NCBI RefSeq assembly: GCF_001194135.2 | Contig: NC_068983.1 | Coordinates: 165,722,966-165,756,965, forward strand | Origin: Octopus bimaculoides | Lineage: Eukaryota | Length of the DNA stretch: 34,000 nucleotides | Direction: 5' to 3' | Shown: positions 1-9,548 of the stretch, piece after piece | Numbering within the stretch: the first letter of the stretch is position 1 | How the letters are laid out: the number at the start of each line of letters is the position of its first letter | Position numbers and translations under genes: made by a program | Notes under the pieces: generated by a model | The model's database searches: none | The model's input: the letters and a program-made list of their open reading frames with translations, nothing else | Told to the model about the DNA's origin: nothing

Positions 1-304
1 GGGGGGGGGGGTTATTTCAGTAAGTTAAAAGTATTTTGTTGTTGCCCTTAAACGTCATCATTAACTGGTACAACTTAAAGCTGCAACACCAGTTGAAGTG
101 GTGTCTACCTAAAGATGGAGATTATATGGATGGTACAGTCTGGTATGACATGGTATTGGAAGTAGTGGTGGTGGTGGAGGATAGCGGCGGTGTGGTAATG
201 GAGGTGGTTGTGTGTGTGTGTGTGCACACATGTTTCTGTATCTTCGTTACCTTTCTGTCCATCCACTCCATATTCCATATTGGTCCGGCCTTGAACGATG
301 GACG

Positions 305-420
305 CAATAGTGAAGCAGTTTCTTCAAGGACACAGCAGATCGCATGGCCCAGGAATCGAAACCACAATCTTATGATCATGACTGAAACACCTTAAATTAC
401 TAAGCCGCTCACCTTCACAT
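305..420 (-). mobile_element. 5' (tRNA-like head) fragment of SINE family C
   Basis: Reverse complement reads gtgaaggtgagcggcttagtaattt...gtggtttcgattcctgggcc...gtgtccttgaagaaact. It matches the heads of the fuller copies at 5737-6012 and 20394-20706 (degenerate A and B boxes). Confidence 0.6.
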
Positions 421-537
421 ACATGTGTGTGTCTGTGTGTGCGTATGATCACAAGATTGTAGTTTCGATATATATATNNNNNNNNNNAGATAGATAGATA
501 GATAGATATACATATATACCTGTGTGTGTGTGTGTGT
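421..537. repeat. Compound microsatellite (GT/AT/GATA) around a 10-N gap
   Basis: Direct inspection. Confidence 0.9.
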
Positions 538-729
538 AGTCGGAGGATAGTTATGTTATAGTGTCACTATACTATGACAGTGGTGGTGGTGGTGGTGTAA
601 CTGATGGAGTTCTGTAGACAGTGGCAGAGAAAGTGGAATCGGAGAAAGTGGCTCTGAATGGGGCCAATGGTAGTGTTGACGGTTGGTTAGTTGGTTGGTT
701 GGTTAATAAGGGTTCTCTCCCTCTCTACC

Positions 730-732
<3 letters not shown>

Positions 733-762
<30 letters not shown>

Positions 763-930
763 ATTCTCCACCCTCTCTCTCCATCTCTCATGCTGTACAC
801 TTTATTTAATGAGCTGCTGTTCCCATTATTTCTTCGCAGAAACTATTACGTTACACAGCAACACACACACACACACACGTCTGCTTATATATACATACAT
901 CCATACATACACACACAAACATACACACAT

Positions 931-965
<35 letters not shown>

Positions 966-1072
966 AATTTACGCCTTACATGTAAATGAGGGTAGGCGTA
1001 CATGCACACATTCACGCACACACCTTTATACATACAAACACACATTTAAACGGACGTACACACACACACACA
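733..1072. repeat. (CT)n, (CA)n and (TA)n microsatellite cluster
   Basis: Direct inspection; explains the SL, HT and CV low-complexity ORFs here. Confidence 0.9.
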
Positions 1073-1181
1073 CCTCCGACCGCGATTCTTGAAAGGTCAA
1101 CTGAGCTTTAAACTTTAAACGAATTCACAAACAAGAGAAGAGAAAATGTAATTTTGCAAATATTATTGTTGTTGTTGTTGT

Positions 1182-1306
1182 TGTTCAAATACCGCCGAGA
1201 TGAAGTTTGCCTTTCATCTCTCCGAGGTCGATAAAATACCAGTTGACAACTAGGGTGGATGTCCTCCCCGCCACCCTAAATTTCAGGTCTTGAGCCTAGA
1301 GTAGAA
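1182..1306 (+). mobile_element. SINE family A, 3' two-thirds
   Basis: gttcaaataccgccgag...tttgcctttcatc...gaggtcgataaaataccag...aaatttcaggtcttgagcctagagtagaaag aligns to the full copy at 7386-7620. Confidence 0.8.
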
Positions 1307-1499
1307 AGTGTCATCATTGTTTTATACGCTAATATACAGCGCTGAATTAAGCGTGAAGCAAGAGTGCAGTACCACAGAAATAGTAAATGGTTTACGGCAC
1401 AAATGTATAGCTTTGAACTTGCTAAAATAAATTTCAGAGTGGTTTTTATGAGATAAAATATAATTTTGAAGTGTTCTTGGTGCCATAATGAAGATTTGA

Positions 1500-1770
1500 A
1501 CAAAGACTTTCCTATAAGGCCTGAGATTAATCGATTTCCATAGCGTTTAAGTGACTGTTATTGCAACACTCTCTCCTGAACGGGACACCAGTCCTTCACA
1601 AGATTAACCTCCCAGTTATCGCTGGAACTCATTTACAGCTGGGTGGATTGGAGTTGCATAAAACGAAGTGTTTTACTCAAGAACACAACACATCACCCGG
1701 TTCAGGAATCGAAACTACGACCATACGCTCGTGGGGGCAATATTCCAGCAACTAAAACTGGCACTTTCAC
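1500..1770 (-). mobile_element. tRNA-headed SINE with Deu/Nin-like central domain
   Basis: Reverse complement has a tRNA-like head, then gtgttcttgagtaaaacactt...ccacccagctgtaaatgagttccagcg...ggactggtgtcccgttcagg, resembling the Deu/Nin SINE domain and tail (family assignment from memory). Confidence 0.65.
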
Positions 1771-1899
1771 ATATCGGTAGTGCGTCGAACAAAATGCATT
1801 GCGCTATTCTAATTACTTCCCTTTACATTCTGAAAATAGAATCCCCTGGAAGTGAAGCATCGGCGTAAAGTAAATCAACTGCAGCCACGGCCCCTACAC

Positions 1900-2100
1900 G
1901 TTCTGTCCAATGAAATATTGAACCAATGACAGAAATATTTGTATCGATATTGATTCACCAATATATTGAATGTCTTTTGGAGGTGATCGAACTGATCGAA
2001 GCAAAGTGTGGCTCTTTCGACTGATCGAAAAGGAAAAGAGAAAAAAGACCCTCTTTGAGGATTTCTTAATCAGATTCGAATTGGGTCGATCGAAGATAAA
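1900..2100. promoter_or_regulatory. Candidate regulatory module (CCAAT x3, TATCGATA, GATCGAA x4)
   Basis: Motifs are seen directly in non-repeat sequence; no transcript evidence. Confidence 0.2.
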
Positions 2101-2276
2101 CTCTAAAAGCGACACGCATCCCCTCACCCACCCCCACACATATTGGTCTGAAGTTTCCCCGTCCGGGATCAAAGCACTTTTGCCACGGCAAATCTTTACA
2201 AGCGTATTGCGTTCTCTCTTTCTTAGAGGCAATAAGTACTATCACGTATACCCAATTGCTCTTAAATGTGTGTGTT

Positions 2277-2476
2277 TCATGCAGAAGGCGTGCCAGAGTA
2301 ATTGCTCCATTCATTTTCTGTGTGTGTGTGCTTGTGTGTGCGCATTTCATGCAGAAGGCGTGCCAGAGTAATTGCTCCATTCATTTTCTCTGTGTGTGTG
2401 CTTGTGTGTGTGTGTATGCTTGTGTGTGTGTGCTTGTGTGTGTGTGTGCTTGTGTGTGTGTGTGTGTGCTTGTGTG
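2277..2476 (+). repeat. Tandem duplication of a ~69-bp unit running into (TG)n at a gap edge
   Basis: ttcatgcagaaggcgtgccagagtaattgctccattcattttct occurs at 2277 and 2346. Confidence 0.85.
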
Positions 2477-3317
2477 NNNNNNNNNNNNNNNNNNNNNNNN
2501 NNNNNNNNNNNNNNNNNNNNNNNNNNNNNNNNNNNNNNNNNNNNNNNNNNNNNNNNNNNNNNNNNNNNNNNNNNNNNNNNNNNNNNNNNNNNNNNNNNNN
2601 NNNNNNNNNNNNNNNNNNNNNNNNNNNNNNNNNNNNNNNNNNNNNNNNNNNNNNNNNNNNNNNNNNNNNNNNNNNNNNNNNNNNNNNNNNNNNNNNNNNN
2701 NNNNNNNNNNNNNNNNNNNNNNNNNNNNNNNNNNNNNNNNNNNNNNNNNNNNNNNNNNNNNNNNNNNNNNNNNNNNNNNNNNNNNNNNNNNNNNNNNNNN
2801 NNNNNNNNNNNNNNNNNNNNNNNNNNNNNNNNNNNNNNNNNNNNNNNNNNNNNNNNNNNNNNNNNNNNNNNNNNNNNNNNNNNNNNNNNNNNNNNNNNNN
2901 NNNNNNNNNNNNNNNNNNNNNNNNNNNNNNNNNNNNNNNNNNNNNNNNNNNNNNNNNNNNNNNNNNNNNNNNNNNNNNNNNNNNNNNNNNNNNNNNNNNN
3001 NNNNNNNNNNNNNNNNNNNNNNNNNNNNNNNNNNNNNNNNNNNNNNNNNNNNNNNNNNNNNNNNNNNNNNNNNNNNNNNNNNNNNNNNNNNNNNNNNNNN
3101 NNNNNNNNNNNNNNNNNNNNNNNNNNNNNNNNNNNNNNNNNNNNNNNNNNNNNNNNNNNNNNNNNNNNNNNNNNNNNNNNNNNNNNNNNNNNNNNNNNNN
3201 NNNNNNNNNNNNNNNNNNNNNNNNNNNNNNNNNNNNNNNNNNNNNNNNNNNNNNNNNNNNNNNNNNNNNNNNNNNNNNNNNNNNNNNNNNNNNNNNNNNN
3301 NNNNNNNNNNNNNTATA

Positions 3318-3787
3318 TACTTTTTTACTTCAGTCATTTGACTGCGGCCATGCTGGAGCACCGCATTTTGTCGAGCTTATTCTTTGTAAGCCTAGTACTT
3401 ATTCTATCAGTGCCTTTTACCGAACCGCATCGGTTGTCAAGCGATGTTGAGGGACAAACAGACACATACACACACATACATATACATATATATACACTGA
3501 TGTAACAACTATAAAACTATAAAGCTTGAAACACGTGTACCGCAGAATCCTTTGTGTTTTTGTTTTTATTTTTGCATTTACAATTTATACATATATATAC
3601 ATAGACGACAGGCTTCTTGCAGTTTCCGTCTGCCAAATCCACTCACAAGGCTTTTGGTCGGCCCGAAGCTATAGTAGAAAACACTTGCCCAAGGTGTGTA
3701 TATGACATTATGAGATTTGTGTAAGGCAGAGTGCAGTATAATCGAAACCGGAACCTCGTGATTCCAAATCGGTTTTCTCACCCACAT
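3318..3787 (-). mobile_element. SINE family B (tRNA head, internal microsatellite), near full length with an internal insertion
   Basis: Contains cagtcatttgactgcggccatgctggagcaccg (3' tail) and cagtttccgtctgccaaatccactcacaaggctt (5' half); homologous to 16081-16394 and 21829-22187. Confidence 0.85.
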
Positions 3788-3839
3788 GGTTACACCGCTA
3801 ATACTTTTGTCGGTATATCCAATATATTTTCACCTTAAT

Positions 3840-4072
3840 AACGCTGCCTCGTCAGAGCCATAGATCGACCGAACCGTAAGAAGGTCGAACCGGATGCACA
3901 GCAGTGAGCTCTACGCGACTGGGCTGGCTTGGGACCCTTCATCACAATAATGATGCTGATGATGATAGAGACCCTCCCGTCGAAGATGACATATGAGCGG
4001 TCAGCGTCTGCCGAACGACCAGCTCAAATGACCGGCTCAAATGATTTGTTTCTAGGGATCAAGTGTATGTGA
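3840..4072 (+). mobile_element. Unclassified interspersed repeat (probable LINE 3' end), copy 1
   Basis: cgaagatgacatatgagcggtcagcgtctgccgaacgaccagctcaaatga...atcaagtgtatgt aligns to the reverse complement of ~7850-7945. Confidence 0.5.
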
Positions 4073-4125
4073 CGCCACTGAGTTGGCACCAACTGTTTTA
4101 TTGAGTCAGTGTGTTGGTTATAGAC

Positions 4126-4315
4126 CAGAGGTCCTCAACCATTTTAAGATTCGGGTCAGGTCCGATCCAAAACCTGGATTCTTTCTTTTTTTTTTTACTT
4201 TTTAGGGAACTGCATAAAAGAAAGAGTAAGACACAAGTCAATTAAAGAAAAAGTTATAGTTATACAGTCGAGGACCGCTGGAAGAACACTCGGGGGTCGC
4301 AGCTGAAGATCACTG
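4126..4315. mobile_element. hAT (Charlie-like) MITE with 8-bp TSD
   Basis: Imperfect TIRs CAGAGGTCCTCAAC and (reverse complement) CAGTGATCTTCAGC, flanked by TTATAGAC (4118-4125) and TTATAGAT (4316-4323). Confidence 0.75.
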
Positions 4316-4419
4316 TTATAGATGCAATGCAGCACCAGGGGCAAGGAACGAACCGTCAACATGTCAGTCATTCCCAGCAGCAAGAAAGAGGGTGGGAGTG
4401 AAGAAGGAAGGCAGAGGAG

Positions 4420-4420
4420 G

Positions 4421-4461
<41 letters not shown>

Positions 4462-4487
4462 AGAGAGAGAGAAAGAGAGAGAGAAAG
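4420..4487. repeat. (GA)n microsatellite
   Basis: Direct inspection. Confidence 0.9.
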
Positions 4488-4784
4488 GTGGTGGGGAGTG
4501 ATTTGAAGTGGTCACTTCTTGACTAAGAATGATGCAATTCTTGAGTGTTGTTTAAACTTAAATAACAAAGTAAAATAACGTGTATGCAAGCCACACACAC
4601 ACACACATATAAATACGTGCGTTTACACACAAATGCATTTCCACACACACACACACACACTTGTACATTACGAAATTGGCGTGAGAAATGAAATCACCAT
4701 ATATGGTTTGTTTGCCGTATTTTGTCTTTTGTTAGGCATCAACTAGAATAATGACGAGGGAACTTAAGTATGTTCAGTCAATTT

Positions 4785-4850
4785 CCTAGAAATAGCAGCC
4801 AAATCTTCCTTAAATCACATTGAATGATGTAGTCCCAGAGTTTGACCCCG
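4785..4850 (-). mobile_element. Fragment of interspersed repeat family F
   Basis: Reverse complement gggactacatcattcaatgtgatttaaggaagatttggctgctatttctagg matches 17730-17810 and 19530-19580. Confidence 0.55.
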
Positions 4851-4917
4851 AAAGGAATTTTGCAAGATGGAGCAAAACTGCTTTGAGACTTTCTGGATTT
4901 TGAGAGGATAGGAGACA

Positions 4918-4920
<3 letters not shown>

Positions 4921-4962
<42 letters not shown>
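4921..4962. repeat. (CA)n microsatellite
   Basis: Direct inspection. Confidence 0.95.
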
Positions 4963-4964
<2 letters not shown>

Positions 4965-5195
4965 CACACAATTGTCTCTACTCTCGACACTAACACCTAC
5001 AACTCCCCCCCCCACCGCAGTCTGTCGATGTTAACCAATGTTAAACAAATGCGAAATATCCCCCGCCCCTCATTTAATGCTGGGGGGCCTTGTTCATCGC
5101 AACAACCTTTCCAATGAGAGCAGTTATTAAACTCAACCTTGAACGTCCAAGTATTGTTGTTCCTCTTATAGCTATGACTTAATTATATCATATCG

Positions 5196-5590
5196 TGGCA
5201 CTCCGTCGGTTGCGACGACCAAAGTTCCAGTTGATCCGATCAACGCAACAGTCTGCTTATGAAATTAACGTGCAAGTGGCTGAGTACTCCACAGACACGT
5301 GTACCTGAGCACTCCACAGACACGTAGTTCTGAGGGAAATTCAGCGTGACACAGAATGTGACAAGGCTGACCCTTTGAAATATTGGTACAACAGAAACAG
5401 GAAGAAAGAGTGAGAGAAAGTTGTGGTGAAAAAGTACAGCAGGGTTCACCACCACCCCCTGCCAGAGCCTCGTGGAGCTTTAAGTGTTTTCGCTCAATAA
5501 ATATTTACAATGCCCAGTCTGGGAATCGAAACCGCGATCCTATGACCGCGAGTACATTGCCCTAACCCCTGGGCAATTGCGCCTCCACAG
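5196..5590 (-). mobile_element. SINE family C, full length, centre interrupted (~5390-5478)
   Basis: tggcactccgtcggttgcgacgac...gttgatccgatcaacg...gtagttctgagggaaattcagcgtgacacagaatgtgacaaggctg; head at 5480-5590. Confidence 0.85.
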
Positions 5591-5736
5591 CTATATCATA
5601 CACACTGTGACATCGTCATAACGCTTCGTAGATTTGATTATCATAAAAGAACTAAACGTGTTGGCCGCGATCGCACCACAGTGCTGGCAGCCAGACCTTT
5701 CTCCTGGGGGTGCCAGGTGCCCTCTTAACCTAACCG

Positions 5737-6012
5737 TAGTGGAAGGGCGTGGCTTAGTGGTTAGGACATTCGGTTTACAGTCGTAAGGTCGTGAGTTTGG
5801 TTCCCGGCAGCGCGTTGTGGCCTTGAGCAAGCCACTTTAATTCAAAGGGCCAGCCTTGTCCCATTCTGTGTCACGCTGAAACACCCTGAGAACTACGTAA
5901 AGAGTATGTTTGTGGAGTGCTCAGTCACTTGCACGTTAACTTCACGAGCAGGCTGCTCGGTTGATCGGATCAGCTGGAACCCTCCTCGTCGTAATCGACG
6001 GAGGGCCAGTCT
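5737..6012 (+). mobile_element. SINE family C, full length with an internal deletion
   Basis: A-box gtggcttagtggttagg, B-box-like gtgagtttggttccc, then aaagggccagccttgtc...ttgatcggatcagctggaaccctc. Confidence 0.9.
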
Positions 6013-6251
6013 AACATAATCGTTCACTTTCCAAAACCATGTTTGCTTTCTCTATTTCTAAACATTTGACCGAAAAGAGAAAAATGAGTAAACCAGAGTC
6101 AGGTGGTCAGTTTCCTTTTTGCTTCAGAAGCAGGGGTTTTGTTTCTCTCGAGTCCCAAGTCCCATGAGGCCCGTTGCCCTGTTTCCCGGTTGACCGAGTT
6201 CACAACATTCCCAGGGTTCAAGGAAAGCAATTTTGAGGGGACGGGCAAGCC

Positions 6252-6416
6252 ACTTACATCGATCTCAGTAACTGATTAGTGCTTTAGTTTATCGACCCCG
6301 AAGGAAAAGCAAAGTTGACTTCGGCGGTATTTGAACTCAGACCGTAAAGAGGTGGAAGAAATGCCGCTAAGCCTTTTGTCCGACGCGCTCATGATTCTGC
6401 CAGCTCGCTGCCTTAC
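6252..6416 (-). mobile_element. SINE family A
   Basis: ttatcgaccccgaagg-aaaagcaaagttgacttcggcggtatttgaactcag...gattctgccagctcgctgcc is the reverse complement of the family A head and core. Confidence 0.9.
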
Positions 6417-6685
6417 ATGCAGGTCTAAAGAAGTCAAAATACTTCCGTTAGTGGCTCGTTGAGGGGCCGAATAGGGAGCACACGGGACAAGTTGTTTTGT
6501 GGTATATAATTGCGTTCATTTGCGCTCTGAATTCAAATCCCATCCCTCTGGGGTCCGCTTCGTCTTTTAACCTCCGGGGTTGGTTAAATACTAGTTAAGT
6601 ACTAGAATCGTTTTAATTAACTACTCCCTTCTACAAAATCTGGAGCTCTGTGCTTTGCGACATTTCTTTCGGCCCTTCACCATTA

Positions 6686-6845
6686 TGAGCTCGAATTCCG
6701 CCGAGGTCATCTTTGCTTTTCATCCTTTCGGATCCGATAAAATAAGTACCAGTCATGCATTGGCGTTCAATGTAATCGCCTAACCACTACTCTAAAAGCG
6801 TGGCTGCTCTTGTGCCAAAATTTGAAACCATTACTATTATTATTA
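6686..6845 (+). mobile_element. SINE family A, 5'-truncated
   Basis: gagctcgaattccgccgaggtcatctttgcttttcatcctttcggatccgataaaataagtaccagt...ttgtgccaaaatttgaaaccatt plus (TAT)n tail. Confidence 0.85.
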
Positions 6846-6857
6846 GCATCATCATCA

Positions 6858-7227
6858 TTGAGTGAGAGGGCAGTGCATGCCATCAAAGTGACACTTGGTA
6901 CAAATATAGGAAACCCAATATATCCCTCAAGGCTACCCATTTGATAAGAGTACACCAGGTACATACATCACAACTATGTGTGCAACATGGTAATCTCCCA
7001 TCAAGATAAACAGTGCATGACCTTACAGGTGGGACCCAGTTAGAATTTTTTCAAGCCAAATAGCTCACCCTGCTCAAAAGGTCCCTGAATAAGGTTTGTT
7101 TTAGGATGCTGAACGAAACACCCATAATTCCAGAGGTGAATTATTCAAACCCCAAAGTATTCATCGCAACACATGGTTATGATGTTACCCTAACACTCCT
7201 ACTCCTGATCAGAGAATCACTGCCTGG

Positions 7228-7228
<1 letters not shown>
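6858..7228 (-). mobile_element. Interspersed retroposon family D (3' end toward 6858)
   Basis: Homologous over ~270 bp to 10808-11078; flanked by triplet microsatellites; no ORF similarity recognised. Confidence 0.7.
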
Positions 7229-7274
<46 letters not shown>

Positions 7275-7298
7275 CCATCACCGTCATCGTCGTCATCG

Positions 7299-7366
<68 letters not shown>

Positions 7367-7385
7367 GTTGTTGTTGTTGTTATTA
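7228..7385. repeat. Compound triplet microsatellite (CAT)n-(TAT)n-(TGT)n
   Basis: Direct inspection; source of the poly-I, poly-D and poly-N ORFs. Confidence 0.95.
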
Positions 7386-7640
7386 CGGCGGCGAGCTGGC
7401 AGAATCGTTAGCACGCCGGACGAAATGCTTAGCGGTATTTCGTCTGCTGCTACGTTCTAAGTTCAAATTCCGCCGAGGCCAACTTTGTCTGTCATCCTTT
7501 TGGGCGTCGATAAATTAAGTACCAATGAAACACTGGGGTCGATGTAATCGACTATCCCCCTCCGCCAAATTTCAGGCCTCGTGCCTATAGTGGAAAGGAT
7601 TATTATTATTATTATTATTATTATTGTTATTATTATTATT
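7386..7640 (+). mobile_element. SINE family A, full length, with (TAT)n tail
   Basis: ggcggcgagctggcagaatcgttagc (A box), agttcaaattcc (B box), core tcatcctttt gggcgtcgataaattaagtacca (resembles the Meta/MESC SINE core, from memory), tail aaatttcaggcctcgtgcctatagtggaaaggattatt. Confidence 0.9.
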
Positions 7641-7748
7641 GCGACAACGCATGGCCTAGTGGTTTGAGAGTTGAACTTACAATCACTAGATCGTGGGTTC
7701 GGTTTCCAGACCTACCTGTACGTTGTCTTTCTTGAGCACAACACTTCA
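7641..7748 (+). mobile_element. SINE family C-like tRNA head fragment
   Basis: catggcctagtggtttgag...gtgggttcggtttcc...gtctttcttgagcacaacacttcat. Confidence 0.6.
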
Positions 7749-7839
7749 TGTCGCTCTGCGATCATTTCGACATCTGACATGTGGAACACTCGTGCACATT
7801 TTACAAGCAAGATGGATATGATGGAGGATGTTGAGCTAA

Positions 7840-8125
7840 TAGCACAAAACATACACTTGATAACTCTAAAATCATTTGTGCTGGCCGTTCGGCAAAAGCT
7901 GACCATTCATAGGCCGTCTTCGAAGGGAGAATCCATGATCCTCATCAGTGTCGTCAGGTATTCACCTTCCTCTGCCAGTCGGGCAATGCGGTCGGTAGAA
8001 GTTCCACTATGGCTCTCTATAGAGGGTTAGTAGTGGCTATGTGCGACGATGTACTCGGGGAGACTCCGGGTATCGATGAGAATGAGTTGGTGGGTTTGTT
8101 CCAGAGATGGAAAGTGATGGAAAAT
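7840..8125 (-). mobile_element. Unclassified interspersed repeat (probable LINE 3' end), copy 2
   Basis: Minus strand reads DRIARLAEEGEYLTTLMRIMDSPFEDGL*, then a UTR-like segment shared with 3970-4072. Confidence 0.5.
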
Positions 8126-9136
8126 GATTGAAAGTGCCAGCCAATTATTATTATTATTATTATTATTACTANNNNNNNNNNNNNNNNNNNNNNNNNNNNN
8201 NNNNNNNNNNNNNNNNNNNNNNNNNNNNNNNNNNNNNNNNNNNNNNNNNNNNNNNNNNNNNNNNNNNNNNNNNNNNNNNNNNNNNNNNNNNNNNNNNNNN
8301 NNNNNNNNNNNNNNNNNNNNNNNNNNNNNNNNNNNNNNNNNNNNNNNNNNNNNNNNNNNNNNNNNNNNNNNNNNNNNNNNNNNNNNNNNNNNNNNNNNNN
8401 NNNNNNNNNNNNNNNNNNNNNNNNNNNNNNNNNNNNNNNNNNNNNNNNNNNNNNNNNNNNNNNNNNNNNNNNNNNNNNNNNNNNNNNNNNNNNNNNNNNN
8501 NNNNNNNNNNNNNNNNNNNNNNNNNNNNNNNNNNNNNNNNNNNNNNNNNNNNNNNNNNNNNNNNNNNNNNNNNNNNNNNNNNNNNNNNNNNNNNNNNNNN
8601 NNNNNNNNNNNNNNNNNNNNNNNNNNNNNNNNNNNNNNNNNNNNNNNNNNNNNNNNNNNNNNNNNNNNNNNNNNNNNNNNNNNNNNNNNNNNNNNNNNNN
8701 NNNNNNNNNNNNNNNNNNNNNNNNNNNNNNNNNNNNNNNNNNNNNNNNNNNNNNNNNNNNNNNNNNNNNNNNNNNNNNNNNNNNNNNNNNNNNNNNNNNN
8801 NNNNNNNNNNNNNNNNNNNNNNNNNNNNNNNNNNNNNNNNNNNNNNNNNNNNNNNNNNNNNNNNNNNNNNNNNNNNNNNNNNNNNNNNNNNNNNNNNNNN
8901 NNNNNNNNNNNNNNNNNNNNNNNNNNNNNNNNNNNNNNNNNNNNNNNNNNNNNNNNNNNNNNNNNNNNNNNNNNNNNNNNNNNNNNNNNNNNNNNNNNNN
9001 NNNNNNNNNNNNNNNNNNNNNNNNNNNNNNNNNNNNNNNNNNNNNNNNNNNNNNNNNNNNNNNNNNNNNNNNNNNNNNNNNNNNNNNNNNNNNNNNNNNN
9101 NNNNNNNNNNNNNNNNNNNNNNNNNNNNNNNNNNNN

Positions 9137-9200
<64 letters not shown>
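9137..9200. repeat. (TAT)n tract (tail or target of the adjacent RLE element)
   Basis: Direct inspection. Confidence 0.95.
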
Positions 9201-9206
<6 letters not shown>

Positions 9207-9548
9207 TTGACTTCTGCTTTGTATTTGTACAAGTTGGCTCCAAGTCTCACCCAGAGACCTCAAGAGACAACAAGTTAGAAGTTCGTGTTGGTGTTATGCC
9301 TAGGGTGTCATATATTTGGTTTTGTACATAGTGTTGTTCAAGAGAATGTTTAAGAAAACAAGAAAATTATGGGTTTGTTTTAAAATTTGAGATCACGTAG
9401 ACAGTATTTTACGTAGGACATGGGCAGTTCCCATGAGCACTATCTTTTGAACTTCAGCCATTTGGGGGTTTCCTGGTATCTGAGCTAGGTAGGAATCAGC
9501 CCCTTTTCCTATCATTCCTATGGCACCTATGACAAGGGGTATTGTTTT
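9200..9548 (-). mobile_element. R4/Dong-like non-LTR retrotransposon 3' end (RLE C-terminus plus 3' UTR), type ii
   Basis: 9548-9393 translates without breaks to KTIPLVIGAIGMIGKGADSYLAQIPGNPQMAEVQKIVLMGTAHVLRKILST*, the typical RLE C-terminal motif; the UTR ends in (TAA)n. Confidence 0.85.

Noticed and set aside
600-690. DSGRESGIGESGSEW peptide, reminiscent of protocadherin cytoplasmic motifs
   Set aside because: Stops on both sides, weak splice sites, and embedded in (GGT)n low-complexity sequence.
2277-2415. 69-bp tandem duplication as a biological novelty
   Set aside because: It abuts (TG)n and a gap edge, a typical place for assembly stutter.
2256-3505. Long 250-400 aa ORFs in the track (also 8027-9278, 14842-15696, 16363-17130, 17857-18716)
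   Set aside because: They are open only because they run through N gaps and microsatellites.
3860-3895. Minus-strand GSTFLRFGRS resembling an FLRFamide neuropeptide
   Set aside because: Single occurrence, no upstream basic cleavage site or signal peptide, and it lies in a repeat read in the opposite sense.
3955-3990. CTGATGA...CGAA hammerhead-like motif (also 7920-7948, minus strand)
   Set aside because: GAAG instead of GAAA, no convincing stems I-III, and it coincides with an apparent coding end.
7217-7414. Poly-N/poly-D and poly-I ORFs
   Set aside because: Translations of a compound triplet microsatellite.
7386-7480. tRNA genes at SINE heads (also 5737, 16081, 24275)
   Set aside because: A and B boxes are present but there is no cloverleaf, and each continues into a SINE body.
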